A stretch of DNA of 53,234 nt from an uncultured Bacilli bacterium (GTDB lineage Bacteria; Bacillota_I; Bacilli_A; RF39; UBA660). The notes under the pieces were generated by a model that worked only from the letters and a program-made list of their open reading frames with translations, made no database searches and was not told the origin of the DNA. Where the stretch lies: assembly GCA_947632715.1 (NCBI GenBank), contig CANRQF010000001.1, positions 1 to 53,234 on the forward strand. The letters run 5' to 3'. This document shows positions 9,214 to 19,328 of this stretch, piece by piece; position 1 is the first letter of the stretch, and each line of letters opens with the position of its first letter. The position numbers and the translations under genes are program-made.

Positions 9214-9927
9214 ATATAAATGAAGTTTTATTTGATATTCTAATTCTTCTCCACTATACTTACGACTTAATTTATTTTTTAATTTTAAATATTCTTTTTC
9301 ATATATCTCTTGATTATCTAAAATAGTAAATTCCTCTAATAAAGTTAATATATCTTCTTTATAAAAACCCTTAGTTATTAACTCTTGAATTATCTTTTGC
9401 CTTAACATATTACCAGATAAATTATGATTAGTATCTATTCTTTTTTTTATGTACTTTCTAATTTTATTTAACCATACTTCTTCTTCAATCGTATTTAAAT
9501 AATTATCAATATCGATATCTTTAAATCCTAACTTTTTTAAGTTATATTTTATTTTGTTTTGACCAGTTAATTTTAAATTAACTTCATCATTTATATATGA
9601 TTTAATATATAATGCATCATTTAAATAACCATTTTCTCTTAATCTATCTATTGTATATTTTATAGCATCTTTATTAAAGTTACTAAGTTTTTTTCTAATT
9701 TCTTTTTCCGTTCTTAGTTTACTATTTATATATTTTAAAGCTATATTATAACTTTCTAAATAACTATTATCTTTAATAATATTAAGTAATTCTTCTTCCG
9801 TAATTTCTTTTGTTATTAACAAATTATGTTTTAAAATAACATCGTCATACAAACTTAATTTATCATTATTATCTAATAAAACATCATATACATTATTCTT
9901 CTTTTTGCTTATCTTCTTTATCTTCAT
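9190..9927 (-). CDS. recX: RecX family regulatory protein
   Basis: Repeated three-helix pattern (YALKYINSKLRTEKEIRKKL, GYLNDALYIKSYI) and size are typical of Firmicute RecX. Confidence 0.65.
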   Translation of the reverse strand: MKIKKISKKKNNVYDVLLDNNDKLSLYDDVILKHNLLITKEITEEELLNIIKDNSYLESYNIALKYINSKLRTEKEIRKKLSNFNKDAIKYTIDRLRENGYLNDALYIKSYINDEVNLKLTGQNKIKYNLKKLGFKDIDIDNYLNTIEEEVWLNKIRKYIKKRIDTNHNLSGNMLRQKIIQELITKGFYKEDILTLLEEFTILDNQEIYEKEYLKLKNKLSRKYSGEELEYQIKLHLYKKGFNKC

Positions 9928-10885
9928 ATTCCATACATGCCAGACTTAAATCTTTTAGTAATTTATTTACTTCTTCTAAAGTTTTTATTTTAGCACCACT
10001 GGCAAATTTATGACCACCACCATTATATCTACTAGCAATTTCATTAATAATTGGTCCTCTACTTCTTATGCTAACTTTATATAAATCATTTTTAACATCT
10101 TCAGTTATAAAAGCCCAAACAATTAAATCATCTATAAAATGATAATTATTTATTAAGTTAGATGGTGTTGCATTATCTACATTATATTCTTTTAAAGTTT
10201 CATCATTAATAATGATATAACCAAATTTATGTTCATCAATTTTTAAATTATTAGTTATATAAGCAATAAATTTATGTTCACTAAATGGTCTTGTATATAA
10301 AATATCATATAATGGTACAAAATCTATTTTGCTTTGTTTTAATAATTCTTTTACTGTATCAAATGTTTCATAAGTAGTATTTTTTAAAGAAAATCTTTCA
10401 CTATCAGAAACTATTCCTAAGAAAAGATTTTCTGCTACTTTTTTAGTTAAATTTAATTTAGTATTTAATATAAGTTCACATACCATTTGACTAGCACTAG
10501 ATTTATTGGTATCTGTCCAATCAACAAAACCAGTTATATCTTCTTTTGGATGATGATCAATTTTAATTATTTTACTATAATTTAAATTTTCTATTCCATC
10601 TACTCTATGCATATTAGGTACATCTAATACTATCAATAAAGGATTATTTAATTTTTCGTTATCAGGGTGATCTAAATTACCATATGCTTTAAATTTACTA
10701 ACACCAGCTCCAACTGCATATACTTTTTTATTTGGAAAAGTATTTCTAATTGAATCTCTTAAAGCAATTGTACTAGCAATAGCATCGGGATCGGGACCAA
10801 TATGTCTAGCAATAACTATTTCATCGCTTTTTTTAATTTCTTTATATATATTATTTAATAATCTTTTATTTATTATAATCTCCAC
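9893..10885 (-). CDS. nrnA: DHH/DHHA1 phosphoesterase (NrnA-type oligoribonuclease/pAp phosphatase)
   Basis: Motifs RHIGPDPDAIAS, DHHP and GGGHKFASGA. Confidence 0.8.
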   Translation of the reverse strand: MEIIINKRLLNNIYKEIKKSDEIVIARHIGPDPDAIASTIALRDSIRNTFPNKKVYAVGAGVSKFKAYGNLDHPDNEKLNNPLLIVLDVPNMHRVDGIENLNYSKIIKIDHHPKEDITGFVDWTDTNKSSASQMVCELILNTKLNLTKKVAENLFLGIVSDSERFSLKNTTYETFDTVKELLKQSKIDFVPLYDILYTRPFSEHKFIAYITNNLKIDEHKFGYIIINDETLKEYNVDNATPSNLINNYHFIDDLIVWAFITEDVKNDLYKVSIRSRGPIINEIASRYNGGGHKFASGAKIKTLEEVNKLLKDLSLACMEYEDKEDKQKEE

Positions 10886-12067
10886 CTACTTACTAATAAG
10901 TTCCATAGTATCTAGAGCAATCATTAATTCTTCATTAGTAGGTACAACATATACTGGAATTTTAGAATCATCTGTTGAAATTAATCTAAATTCACCTCGA
11001 AAATCATTCTTTTCGTCATCAATTTTAACACCTAAACTTTTAATTCTATCAATAATCATTTTACGCATATTTTTAGAATTTTCACCTAAACCAGCAGTTA
11101 AAGTAATAACATCTGCTCCATCTAACATATTGTTATAAACAGCAATATAATTAGCGATTTTTTGAGCATACATTTTTTGAGCTAAGATAGCTCTTTCATT
11201 ACCTTCATTAGCAGCATCTTCAACATCTCTACTATCACTTGATATACCACTTATTCCAAGTAAACCGCTCTTTTTATTTAAATCATTAACTATTTCTTCA
11301 GCAGTTTTACCAGTTTTCTTCATAACAAATGGAATAATAGATGGATCTATATCACCGGAACGAGATCCCATCATAATACCAGCAAGTGGTGTAAATCCCA
11401 TAGATGTATCTACAACTCTACCACTATCGATAGCACATAAGCTACCACCATTACCAATATGACAAGAAATAACTTTTAAATCATCTCTTTTTAAATATTC
11501 AGAAATAGTCTTATAAACATAACGATGACTTGTTCCATGAAAGCCATATTTTCTTATACCATATTCAGTATACCATTCATATGGAACTGGATATAAATAC
11601 TCTGTTTCATTCATAGTTTGATGAAATGTAGTATCGAAAACACCAACATTCTTAACATTTGGTAATACTTTCATGAATGCTTCAACACCCATTATATTAG
11701 CAGGATTATGTAAAGGTCCTAATTCATTATATTTGGCAATTCTTTTTAATACATCCTCATCTAATAACATTGATTTTGTAAATTCAGAACCACCATGTAA
11801 GATTCTATGACCTACACCTTCTATTTCATCTAAAGAATTAACTATTTTATAATTAACTAATTCTTCCATTAATATTGATACAGCTACACTATGGTCTTCC
11901 AAAACTCTATCTTTTACTATTTTTTCACCATTATACTTAATAGTATATCTACTATCAGATAATCCTATTTTTTCAAATAAACCACTAGCAACTACTTCTC
12001 TACTTGGAAGTTCAATTAATGTAAATTTTAAAGAAGAACTACCAGCGTTTACAGATAATATTTTCAT
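10886..12067 (-). CDS. ackA: acetate kinase
   Basis: MKILSVNAGSSSLKF N-terminus and full-length acetate kinase motifs (HRILHGG, GFHGTSH). Confidence 0.95.
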   Translation of the reverse strand: MKILSVNAGSSSLKFTLIELPSREVVASGLFEKIGLSDSRYTIKYNGEKIVKDRVLEDHSVAVSILMEELVNYKIVNSLDEIEGVGHRILHGGSEFTKSMLLDEDVLKRIAKYNELGPLHNPANIMGVEAFMKVLPNVKNVGVFDTTFHQTMNETEYLYPVPYEWYTEYGIRKYGFHGTSHRYVYKTISEYLKRDDLKVISCHIGNGGSLCAIDSGRVVDTSMGFTPLAGIMMGSRSGDIDPSIIPFVMKKTGKTAEEIVNDLNKKSGLLGISGISSDSRDVEDAANEGNERAILAQKMYAQKIANYIAVYNNMLDGADVITLTAGLGENSKNMRKMIIDRIKSLGVKIDDEKNDFRGEFRLISTDDSKIPVYVVPTNEELMIALDTMELISK

Positions 12068-12164
12068 AAAAATTCCACCTCTATAACAATTATAAAGGAC
12101 TTGAGTTAATTTGTAAACTAAAAGAAATTAATTAAACACTCTATATTTTATTAATATTTATTAG

Positions 12165-12563
12165 CTAATTTTTACTATTTTTTACTTCCTCTATCTCTTC
12201 AATTGGTACATTTGTTATTTTATGTATTTCTTCTATTTTCATATAGTTTAGTAAACTTTTTATAATTATTCTAGTTCCTTCTTTAACCCCTTCTTCTTTT
12301 CCAATTAAAATACCTTCTTCTTTTCCTTCTTCTTTACCAATTAAAATGCCTTCTTCTTTTCCTTCTTCTTTACCAATCAAAATTCCTTCCTTTTTACCAA
12401 TGTTTATTCCTCTTCTTTCTCCTTTTTCTCTTGCTATTCTCTCTCTTGCTTCTTGCATTAATTTATTTTCTTCTTCAATACTTATCATTCTCGTTATTGT
12501 TCCATCTTCATTATATCTAAACACTTTTTCTTTCACCTCTTCTATTAGTGATAATGTCAACAT
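12165..12563 (-). pseudogene. truncated duplicate of the 3' part of the Rpn-like gene, with an expanded in-frame repeat
   Basis: 12191-12547 is near-identical to 12658-12966, except for 48 extra nt of the EGILIGKE/EGKE-encoding repeat. It lacks the N-terminal nuclease domain. Confidence 0.6.
12191..12547. repeat. direct repeat copy 1 (357 nt) of the Rpn-like 3' segment
   Basis: Aligned by eye with 12658-12966. Confidence 0.85.
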
Positions 12564-12637
12564 AAAAATGTAGGTTTTAGCTAATATAATTTTGTAGGTT
12601 TTTCTACATTTTTATATTAGCACTATCAAACATTTAC

Positions 12638-13540
12638 TTAATTCTTTTTTATTTCTTCTATCTCTTCAATTGGTACATTTGTTATTTTATGTATTTCTTC
12701 TATTTTCATGTAGTTTAGTAAACTTTTTATAATTATTCTAGTTCCTTCTTTAACCCCTTCTTCTTTTCCAATTAAAATACCTTCTTCTTTACCAATCAAA
12801 ATTCCTTCCTTTTTACCAATGTTTATTCCTCTTCTTTCTCCTTTTTCTCTTGCTATTCTCTCTCTTGCTTCTTGCATTAATTTATTTTCTTCTTCGATAC
12901 TTATCATTCTTGTTATTGTTCCATCTTCATTATATCTAAACACTTTTTCTTTCACCTCCTCTATTATTTCATCATTCTTACTTAATTCTTCTAATTCTTC
13001 TTTATTTGCATCTAAGGCTACTATATATTTATCATTTCTTTTACTTTCCTTTCTTTTCCATTCTTCTTTATATTTTCTTATATTTACTGTAATTACTTTA
13101 AATCTTCTACTAAATAATTTCCCAGTTTTTTTGTATATTATATAACCTATATCTTTTTTGGGTGTATTCTTTCCACCATTATATACTAAATCTATTAATA
13201 TTTTTTCACTTACCATATACTCATTGTTTGTATACAACCCATATATTGTACAATAATAAATTAAATTTCTTTCTCTTATTATTTGATCATAATTACTATT
13301 TACTTCAATATCAATTATTTTATTATCTTTAGTTTTTACTAACAAATCTAATATATTATTTTTCTGATTCTTATATTCTTTTGGTAATTCTGTTCTTATA
13401 AATTCAATTACCTCTATCTTCTTTCCTAATATATTACTTAATATCTTATTTAGAAATCTTGTATCTTTGGGATTACCTACCACTTTTTTAAATACTGCAT
13501 CATACTTCAAATTATAAAATGTTTCCATCTTTGGTGCCAA
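12638..13540 (-). CDS. Rpn/YhgA-like PD-(D/E)XK recombination-promoting nuclease / putative transposase
   Basis: The N-terminus LKYDAVFKKVVGNPKDTRFLNKILSNILG...ILDLLVKTKDNKIIDIEVNS is typical of the PDDEXK_transposase-like family. Confidence 0.6.
   Translation of the reverse strand: MAPKMETFYNLKYDAVFKKVVGNPKDTRFLNKILSNILGKKIEVIEFIRTELPKEYKNQKNNILDLLVKTKDNKIIDIEVNSNYDQIIRERNLIYYCTIYGLYTNNEYMVSEKILIDLVYNGGKNTPKKDIGYIIYKKTGKLFSRRFKVITVNIRKYKEEWKRKESKRNDKYIVALDANKEELEELSKNDEIIEEVKEKVFRYNEDGTITRMISIEEENKLMQEARERIAREKGERRGINIGKKEGILIGKEEGILIGKEEGVKEGTRIIIKSLLNYMKIEEIHKITNVPIEEIEEIKKN
12658..12966. repeat. direct repeat copy 2 (309 nt)
   Basis: Aligned by eye with 12191-12547. Confidence 0.85.
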
Positions 13541-13626
13541 TATTTATTCCTTTCTAGAAAGATAGTTCTTCTTTACCTTTCACTTATATATTTCAAAACT
13601 TAGTTATCTCTTCCTTTTTATTCCAT

Positions 13627-13651
13627 AAAAAAACTTTACATTATTGTAAAG
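13627..13651 (-). terminator. intrinsic terminator after the prs-like gene
   Basis: Hairpin CTTTACA-TTAT-TGTAAAG, followed on the minus strand by TTTTTTT. Confidence 0.55.
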
Positions 13652-13657
13652 CTTCAA

Positions 13658-14713
13658 CTATTTTCTTCTAGCTCGAACTAATTCTTCAACTGATTTCTTA
13701 GACATTCCTAATTCTTCTGAGAGATTTTCTTTTTTTTGATGCATAGCTCTAATACAATTCATTAATTGCTCAGTTCCATCAACTATTCTTATTCCCTCAA
13801 GAGGATAAGTCTTTAAATATGTTAAATTAGATATATAAGTTCTATTAATTATACCTTCTTCGTATAGTTTATTAAATTCATAAGTACCTTTTGTAAATAA
13901 ACCAAATGTGGCACATATATATATTTCTTTTGCTCCCATTTCTTTTAATTCTTTACTTGTCTTTAATAAAGTACCACCACTTGATAACATATCATCAACG
14001 ATTATAACTGTTTTACCTGCAGGACTAAAACCTACATATTGATTTGACTCTAAAGGATTTTTGCCATCAACTATTTTTGTTACATCTCTTCTTTTAGAGA
14101 AAAAAGCATGATTACAACCAAAACGATCAGCAAAATGTCTTGCTCTAATTTGTGCTCCTTCATCTGGTGCTACAATTAAAATATTTTCTGGTTTTTTATA
14201 ATCTATATTTTCATTAATAACTAACTCTGTTAATAACGAATTAGTTACATACATATTATCAAAATTATGTTTAGATATGGCTGCTGCTACATTTGGATCA
14301 TGAGAATCAACAGTTAAAATGTTTTTAAATCCTAAATAATGACATTCTCTTAAAAAATCAGCTGCTTCAATTGCTTCTCCAAAAACTCTTCGATGTTGTC
14401 TTCCATAGGGTTGAAATGGAACAATTAAAGTCTTTCTGGCTGGATTATCTTTAAGAGCTCCAATAACTCTAGATATATCCCGAACATGGTCATCTGGGGA
14501 TAATACCTGACCTGTATATTTATTTGGCGTTTTATCATTGACATCACATATAATATATACATCTTGATCACGACATTCAGTTGGTAAAACCACTTTACCA
14601 GAGCCATCTTGAAATCTAACAAAATCAGCATCTACTACTTCATCTGTACTCGCCATTTCTCTTAATTTAGATAAACAATTGTTGATAAAAATCAATTTTA
14701 ATTTTTCATTCAT
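13658..14713 (-). CDS. prs: ribose-phosphate pyrophosphokinase family protein (divergent, long form)
   Basis: PRPP-binding loop VIIVDDMLSSGGT. PYGRQHRR replaces the canonical PYARQDR. Confidence 0.7.
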   Translation of the reverse strand: MNEKLKLIFINNCLSKLREMASTDEVVDADFVRFQDGSGKVVLPTECRDQDVYIICDVNDKTPNKYTGQVLSPDDHVRDISRVIGALKDNPARKTLIVPFQPYGRQHRRVFGEAIEAADFLRECHYLGFKNILTVDSHDPNVAAAISKHNFDNMYVTNSLLTELVINENIDYKKPENILIVAPDEGAQIRARHFADRFGCNHAFFSKRRDVTKIVDGKNPLESNQYVGFSPAGKTVIIVDDMLSSGGTLLKTSKELKEMGAKEIYICATFGLFTKGTYEFNKLYEEGIINRTYISNLTYLKTYPLEGIRIVDGTEQLMNCIRAMHQKKENLSEELGMSKKSVEELVRARRK

Positions 14714-14725
14714 AACTACTCACAC

Positions 14726-14760
14726 AAAAAGAGATTTTATCAATTTAAAATCTCCTTTTT
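14726..14760 (-). terminator. strong hairpin directly upstream of the prs-like start codon (terminator or attenuator)
   Basis: Hairpin GAGATTTTA-TCAATT-TAAAATCTC (14731-14754), with a T-run on the minus strand. Lies 17 nt before the ATG at 14713. Confidence 0.45.
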
Positions 14761-15041
14761 ATCCTCTCAATTTAATTATACTTGTTATTTTATTTAATGT
14801 AAATTATAATTTAAAACTATTTACACAATTTATCTTATTTGTTTATTTTTTTTCTTTCATTATGACTTTTAGTTCTTACGTTTAAAGTATCTTTATATTC
14901 TTTTAACCCTTCTAAATTAAATAGATACGGATTAAAATAATTTTGTAATCTTTCTTTATAACTTTCATTAAAAATATTAATTTGTTTATTTTTTAACATC
15001 ATATCACCATTAATATTTTGGCAATATTTAATATTTTTATA

Positions 15042-16241
15042 CTAAAGTAAATCTTTAAATTCCCTATTATCTAAAGAAGATATTGTAATAGTTTGTTTAC
15101 TCTTAACTGCCTTATAAATCATATCTTCATATGGAATTAATTTTTCATACTCATAACATTTTTCTTTTAAAGGATTTATTACGGGATGATCAGGTACAAA
15201 AATAGTACAACAATCTTCATATGGTAAAATACTTGTTTCATAAGTATCTATTTTTTTGGAAAGATCAATAATTTCTAGTTTATCAAAACAACAAACTGGT
15301 CTTATTACTGGTATTTTAACTACTTCATTAATAACATTCATACTTGTTAAAGTTTGACTTGCTACTTGACCTACTGATTCACCATTAATTAATACTTTAG
15401 CATTACTATTATATGCTACTAAAGCACTAATTCGATACATCATCCTCCGCATAATAGTTATTAAATATTCATGAGGAATATTTTTATATATTTCTTCTTG
15501 AATTTCGGTAAAATTAATTATATGTAATTTTATATTATGATTATATAATGCTAACTTTTGAGCTAATGCCTTAACTTTATTTAAAGCTCTTTCACTAGTA
15601 TGAGGTGGACTTTCAAAATATATTGCTTCTAACTTAATTCCTCTTTTCATTGCTAAATAACCTGCAACGGGTGAATCAATACCTCCACTCAACATAAGTA
15701 ATCCTTTACCAAGTGATGATACAGGATAACCACCAATTCCTTTAATACTTGAAAAATATATTAATACTTCTTTTAATCTTATTTCAACATTAATAACTAA
15801 TTCCGGATTATTAACATCTACTTTAATATTATCTTTATTTTTTAAAATATGACTACCAAATATCTTTCTTAATTCCATACCATCAACTGGATATTTTTTA
15901 TTACTTCTTTTAACTTCTACTTTAAAAGTCTTAAATTCTTTATCTTTAATTAAATTAATAACATTTTCTTTTATATTATCTAAATCTCTATCTAATGATT
16001 TATAAGCTATTACTATTTCATGAATACCAAATATTTTTTGAAGTTTTTCAATAACTTTCTCAAAATCATCTATATTTGGTTCTATAAACATTCTCCCATA
16101 ATCATAATAAATATTAACATCATTCAAAACAAATTTAATATTATCATTTAATATTTTTAAAAAATAATTACGATTGTCTTTTTTTGTTGATAATTCTCCA
16201 TATTTTAAAAATATTATTTTTTGCACTTTATCACCCACCAA
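15042..16241 (-). CDS. thiI: tRNA 4-thiouridine synthase ThiI
   Basis: THUMP-type N-terminus and PP-loop SGGIDSPVA. Confidence 0.9.
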   Translation of the reverse strand: MVGDKVQKIIFLKYGELSTKKDNRNYFLKILNDNIKFVLNDVNIYYDYGRMFIEPNIDDFEKVIEKLQKIFGIHEIVIAYKSLDRDLDNIKENVINLIKDKEFKTFKVEVKRSNKKYPVDGMELRKIFGSHILKNKDNIKVDVNNPELVINVEIRLKEVLIYFSSIKGIGGYPVSSLGKGLLMLSGGIDSPVAGYLAMKRGIKLEAIYFESPPHTSERALNKVKALAQKLALYNHNIKLHIINFTEIQEEIYKNIPHEYLITIMRRMMYRISALVAYNSNAKVLINGESVGQVASQTLTSMNVINEVVKIPVIRPVCCFDKLEIIDLSKKIDTYETSILPYEDCCTIFVPDHPVINPLKEKCYEYEKLIPYEDMIYKAVKSKQTITISSLDNREFKDLL

Positions 16242-17355
16242 TTAAATTATTTAACTTTTTATATTCTACCTCAAAAACATCTAAAAATCTATTAATTTCT
16301 AACACAGTTGTTAAATGAGATAAACTTATACGCATACAAGATTTACTACGATCTATTTTATTATATAAAGCCATTACTCCCATACATAATTCATCTTTAT
16401 TATTTGCACTTAAATAAATATCTTTACTTCCTAAAATATTTAATAGTTCACTTGCTATTATTTTATCAAAACTAATACTTAAAATATGAGGAATACTATA
16501 TTTAGTTTTATTTATTCTTATTCCTTCTATATTTTCTAACTTACTAGTAACTCTTTCATTTAAAAGATTTATATATTTTTCTCTTTTTTCACAATCTCTA
16601 ATAGCTACTTTTAAAGCATCTTTCATACTTATTATTAAAGGAAGAGCTACCCCATTAGGATTATTTTTACTATTTTTATTACCACCATACATTAAAGGAG
16701 ATATTTTAACTAAATTATTTTTATATAAGAAACCTACTCCTTTAGGACCATAAAACTTATGAGCACTGACACTACCTAAATCAATATCACGAAAACTGAT
16801 AGAAGTTTTACCTATGGCTTGAGTTAAATCAGAGTGAAATAGCGTTTGATTATTTTCTTTTTTAATAATTTGCCTTAACATTTTTAATGGTTGTCTTACC
16901 CCTGTTTCATGATTAACGGCACAAATACTAACTAATATTGTATCTTCTCTTACTAATTTTTTTAATTCATCAAACTTTATTAAACCATCCTCATCATTAG
17001 AAACATAACTAATTTCAAATCCTAAAGATTCTAAATAATTACATATTCCATATATAGATGGATGTTCTAGTTTAGAAACAATAATATGTCTTCCTCTTTT
17101 ATAATTAGCTAAAGAGGCTCCAATTAAAGCCATATTGTTAGCCTCAGTTCCACTATTAGTATAAATTATTTCACTTTCCATAATATTAAAAATATTACTA
17201 ATTTCTTTGGTGGCATCATCTAACAATTTCTTGCACTTTAAACCCATATCATTATTTCCTGAATCAAGTCCAATGTATTCTTTACTTATTTTATTATAAG
17301 TATCTAAGGCATCTAAAGATATTGGGGTTGTTGTACTATAATCTAAATAAGTCAT
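16231..17355 (-). CDS. class V aminotransferase-fold cysteine desulfurase (NifS/IscS-like, ThiI partner)
   Basis: PLP-lysine motif SAHKFYGPKGVG. Overlaps thiI by 11 nt. Confidence 0.85.
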   Translation of the reverse strand: MTYLDYSTTTPISLDALDTYNKISKEYIGLDSGNNDMGLKCKKLLDDATKEISNIFNIMESEIIYTNSGTEANNMALIGASLANYKRGRHIIVSKLEHPSIYGICNYLESLGFEISYVSNDEDGLIKFDELKKLVREDTILVSICAVNHETGVRQPLKMLRQIIKKENNQTLFHSDLTQAIGKTSISFRDIDLGSVSAHKFYGPKGVGFLYKNNLVKISPLMYGGNKNSKNNPNGVALPLIISMKDALKVAIRDCEKREKYINLLNERVTSKLENIEGIRINKTKYSIPHILSISFDKIIASELLNILGSKDIYLSANNKDELCMGVMALYNKIDRSKSCMRISLSHLTTVLEINRFLDVFEVEYKKLNNLIGG

Positions 17356-17399
17356 ATTATCGCTCTCCTATTTAAATTATACCAAATATTACTTAATAT

Positions 17400-17426
17400 A
17401 AAAAGATAGATTTTTATTCTATCCTT
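17400..17426 (-). terminator. intrinsic terminator after ezrA
   Basis: Hairpin GATAGA-N7-TCTATC, followed on the minus strand by a T-run. Confidence 0.45.
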
Positions 17427-17437
17427 TATTCTAATTA

Positions 17438-19159
17438 TTATTTGTATTCTTCTAATAATTTTTTATGTATACCTGGTTCTATAATATTTATGGCATTAAT
17501 TGCACTTTCTAAACTAATTTTAAAATTACCTTTATTAAAAGCATTCTCAGCTTTCGTTAAATTTATTTCTACTTCTTTATTAGTTAAACGATATCTATTG
17601 CCATAGACTATTGCTGTTTCTGCCATTTTAGCTGTTTTTACTGTTTCATTAATCGTATTATATACTTTTAAAACTAAATCTCTAGCAGTATCTACTCTTA
17701 AATTTAAGGTTTTAATAGAGATAGGTCTTTGATCAAGTTCTTTAACCATTTCATTAATTGCAAGAGTTGCTTCCGATAATTCAACATAATAATTCTTAGG
17801 TATAATTGGTAATTTATAACTTCTTACTTTCTCTTTAGCTTGACTTAAAATATCTTTAATATTTTCAAGTTCATCTCTTGCTCTTAATTCATCTTCTTTT
17901 AAACTACCTAAAGTTCTTAGCGCATTACTTAACTTTTCTTCTTCTTTTTGTAAACGATTATTAATAAGTTCCATCTCTTTAGCTAATTTAGAATAAGCAA
18001 AAGATTTACTTCTTTCCATCTCTACTACTTTATCATAATCTTCTCTTATTTTATTAAATTCTTCTTTTATTTCACTTATTACTAATACTTCATCATCTGA
18101 TAAATCATAACTATATTTAATATCATCTATTTTACGATATAATTCATTATTTATTTTTTCAAGTTTACTTACCTTTATTAATATTGTTCTTTTATACTCT
18201 GTATATAAAGTTTTTGTTAACTTCTCTTTATCAAAATCATTGTACAAGGAATCAAAATAATCTAACATTGTTTTAAGTTCAAAAATAGAATCAACAACAT
18301 TTAAAACATTAAGACGCCCAAATATATCTTGAATCTTTTTATTTACTTCTTCAATATTATATTCAATATTTAAATAATCAAGATTATAACCCTCTACTTT
18401 CATCTTATGATATATATTATTAATATCATCTATTCTCTTAGGTATTAATATACTACCTAAATCTACTATAGTTTTAGTTTCTTTAATAACTATTTTTAAA
18501 TTACCAATAATATCATCAATTGCTTTAACAATTTTACCAACTTCTAAATATTCATTTTGTTCCATCGCTGTTTCAAAGGCTCCAAATAATTTATCAACAT
18601 TTTCAAATTGTAATTCAATGGGGGTTTTAATAATCTCATAATCTTTTAAATTATTATTATATAAATTTCTTATTTCACGATAATCAGATTTTAATTTAAT
18701 AATTATTTCTCTATTCTTTTCTTCCGATAAAGTTAATTCTTTAATTTCTGATAGTAAGAAATCTGCTTTTGTTTTTAAATAACTAATATTTACCTCAGCT
18801 TCTATTATACCTTCTTTTAATTTTTCATATTCTTTATCATTAAAATCATTTTGAAGTTCAATTATTTCATCAGTTATTTTCGGAATCTCTTTATCTCTTA
18901 TATTTTCAAATCTTTTTTGCCAACTTTTATATTTCTTTTTTAATTCTTGATTATTAATTAATGCTTCTACTTTATTAAGTTCAGATAATATATTACTAGA
19001 TATTATTAAGTTTTTATCTCGCTCTAAAGCATTTATTTCTTCATTAATTTTCTTCTTATATTTTTTATCCATTAATAACATTATAACTACGACAAGAACC
19101 ATAGAAATAACATAATATAATATAGCTATAGCAATAAAGGTACCTCTTGTTAAATTCAT
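17438..19159 (-). CDS. ezrA: septation ring formation regulator EzrA
   Basis: Single N-terminal TM helix followed by about 540 aa of coiled coil. Length and layout are typical of EzrA. Confidence 0.8.
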   Translation of the reverse strand: MNLTRGTFIAIAILYYVISMVLVVVIMLLMDKKYKKKINEEINALERDKNLIISSNILSELNKVEALINNQELKKKYKSWQKRFENIRDKEIPKITDEIIELQNDFNDKEYEKLKEGIIEAEVNISYLKTKADFLLSEIKELTLSEEKNREIIIKLKSDYREIRNLYNNNLKDYEIIKTPIELQFENVDKLFGAFETAMEQNEYLEVGKIVKAIDDIIGNLKIVIKETKTIVDLGSILIPKRIDDINNIYHKMKVEGYNLDYLNIEYNIEEVNKKIQDIFGRLNVLNVVDSIFELKTMLDYFDSLYNDFDKEKLTKTLYTEYKRTILIKVSKLEKINNELYRKIDDIKYSYDLSDDEVLVISEIKEEFNKIREDYDKVVEMERSKSFAYSKLAKEMELINNRLQKEEEKLSNALRTLGSLKEDELRARDELENIKDILSQAKEKVRSYKLPIIPKNYYVELSEATLAINEMVKELDQRPISIKTLNLRVDTARDLVLKVYNTINETVKTAKMAETAIVYGNRYRLTNKEVEINLTKAENAFNKGNFKISLESAINAINIIEPGIHKKLLEEYK

Positions 19160-19226
19160 TCTTAAGACTCCTTACCATAACCATTTTACCATAATATTTT
19201 TATTTTTAGAATATCGTTTTGTTAAT

Positions 19227-19254
19227 TTGTTAAAATTTGTCAAATTTTTATAAT
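19227..19254 (+). promoter_or_regulatory. candidate sigma-A promoter for pyrG
   Basis: TTGTTA-N16-TATAAT. AT-rich background, so false positives are likely. Confidence 0.3.
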
Positions 19255-19297
19255 AATATTGCAACACTTAACTATTTTATCTATAATTAAAGAGAGC

Positions 19298-19328
19298 CTA
19301 ATAGTTCTCACGAATTATTAGTTTTTTT
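19298..19328 (+). terminator. intrinsic terminator-like attenuator in the pyrG leader
   Basis: 10-bp stem CTAATAGTTC/GAATTATTAG, 4-nt loop, then TTTTTTT. Ends 6 nt before the AGGAGG SD of pyrG. Confidence 0.5.

Noticed and set aside
12290-12400. Short tandem repeats (24-36 nt units) that could look like a CRISPR array
   Set aside because: The units are contiguous with no unique spacers. They are in frame within an ORF (encoding EGILIGKE/EGKE) and no cas genes are nearby. This is a coding tandem repeat.
12346-13145. Plus-strand ORFs 12346..12573 and 12819..13145 in the ORF track
   Set aside because: They lie antisense to the Rpn-like gene and its duplicate. Their low-complexity S/L/F-rich translations are produced by the complement of the K/E-rich repeat, and they have no SD.
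14835-15002. 55-aa K/N-rich minus-strand ORF between thiI and the prs-like gene
   Set aside because: No recognisable homology. The only SD-like GGTGAT abuts the ATG with essentially no spacing, and the composition resembles random AT-rich translation. It is not supported as a gene, although the downstream hairpin at 14731-14754 could terminate it.
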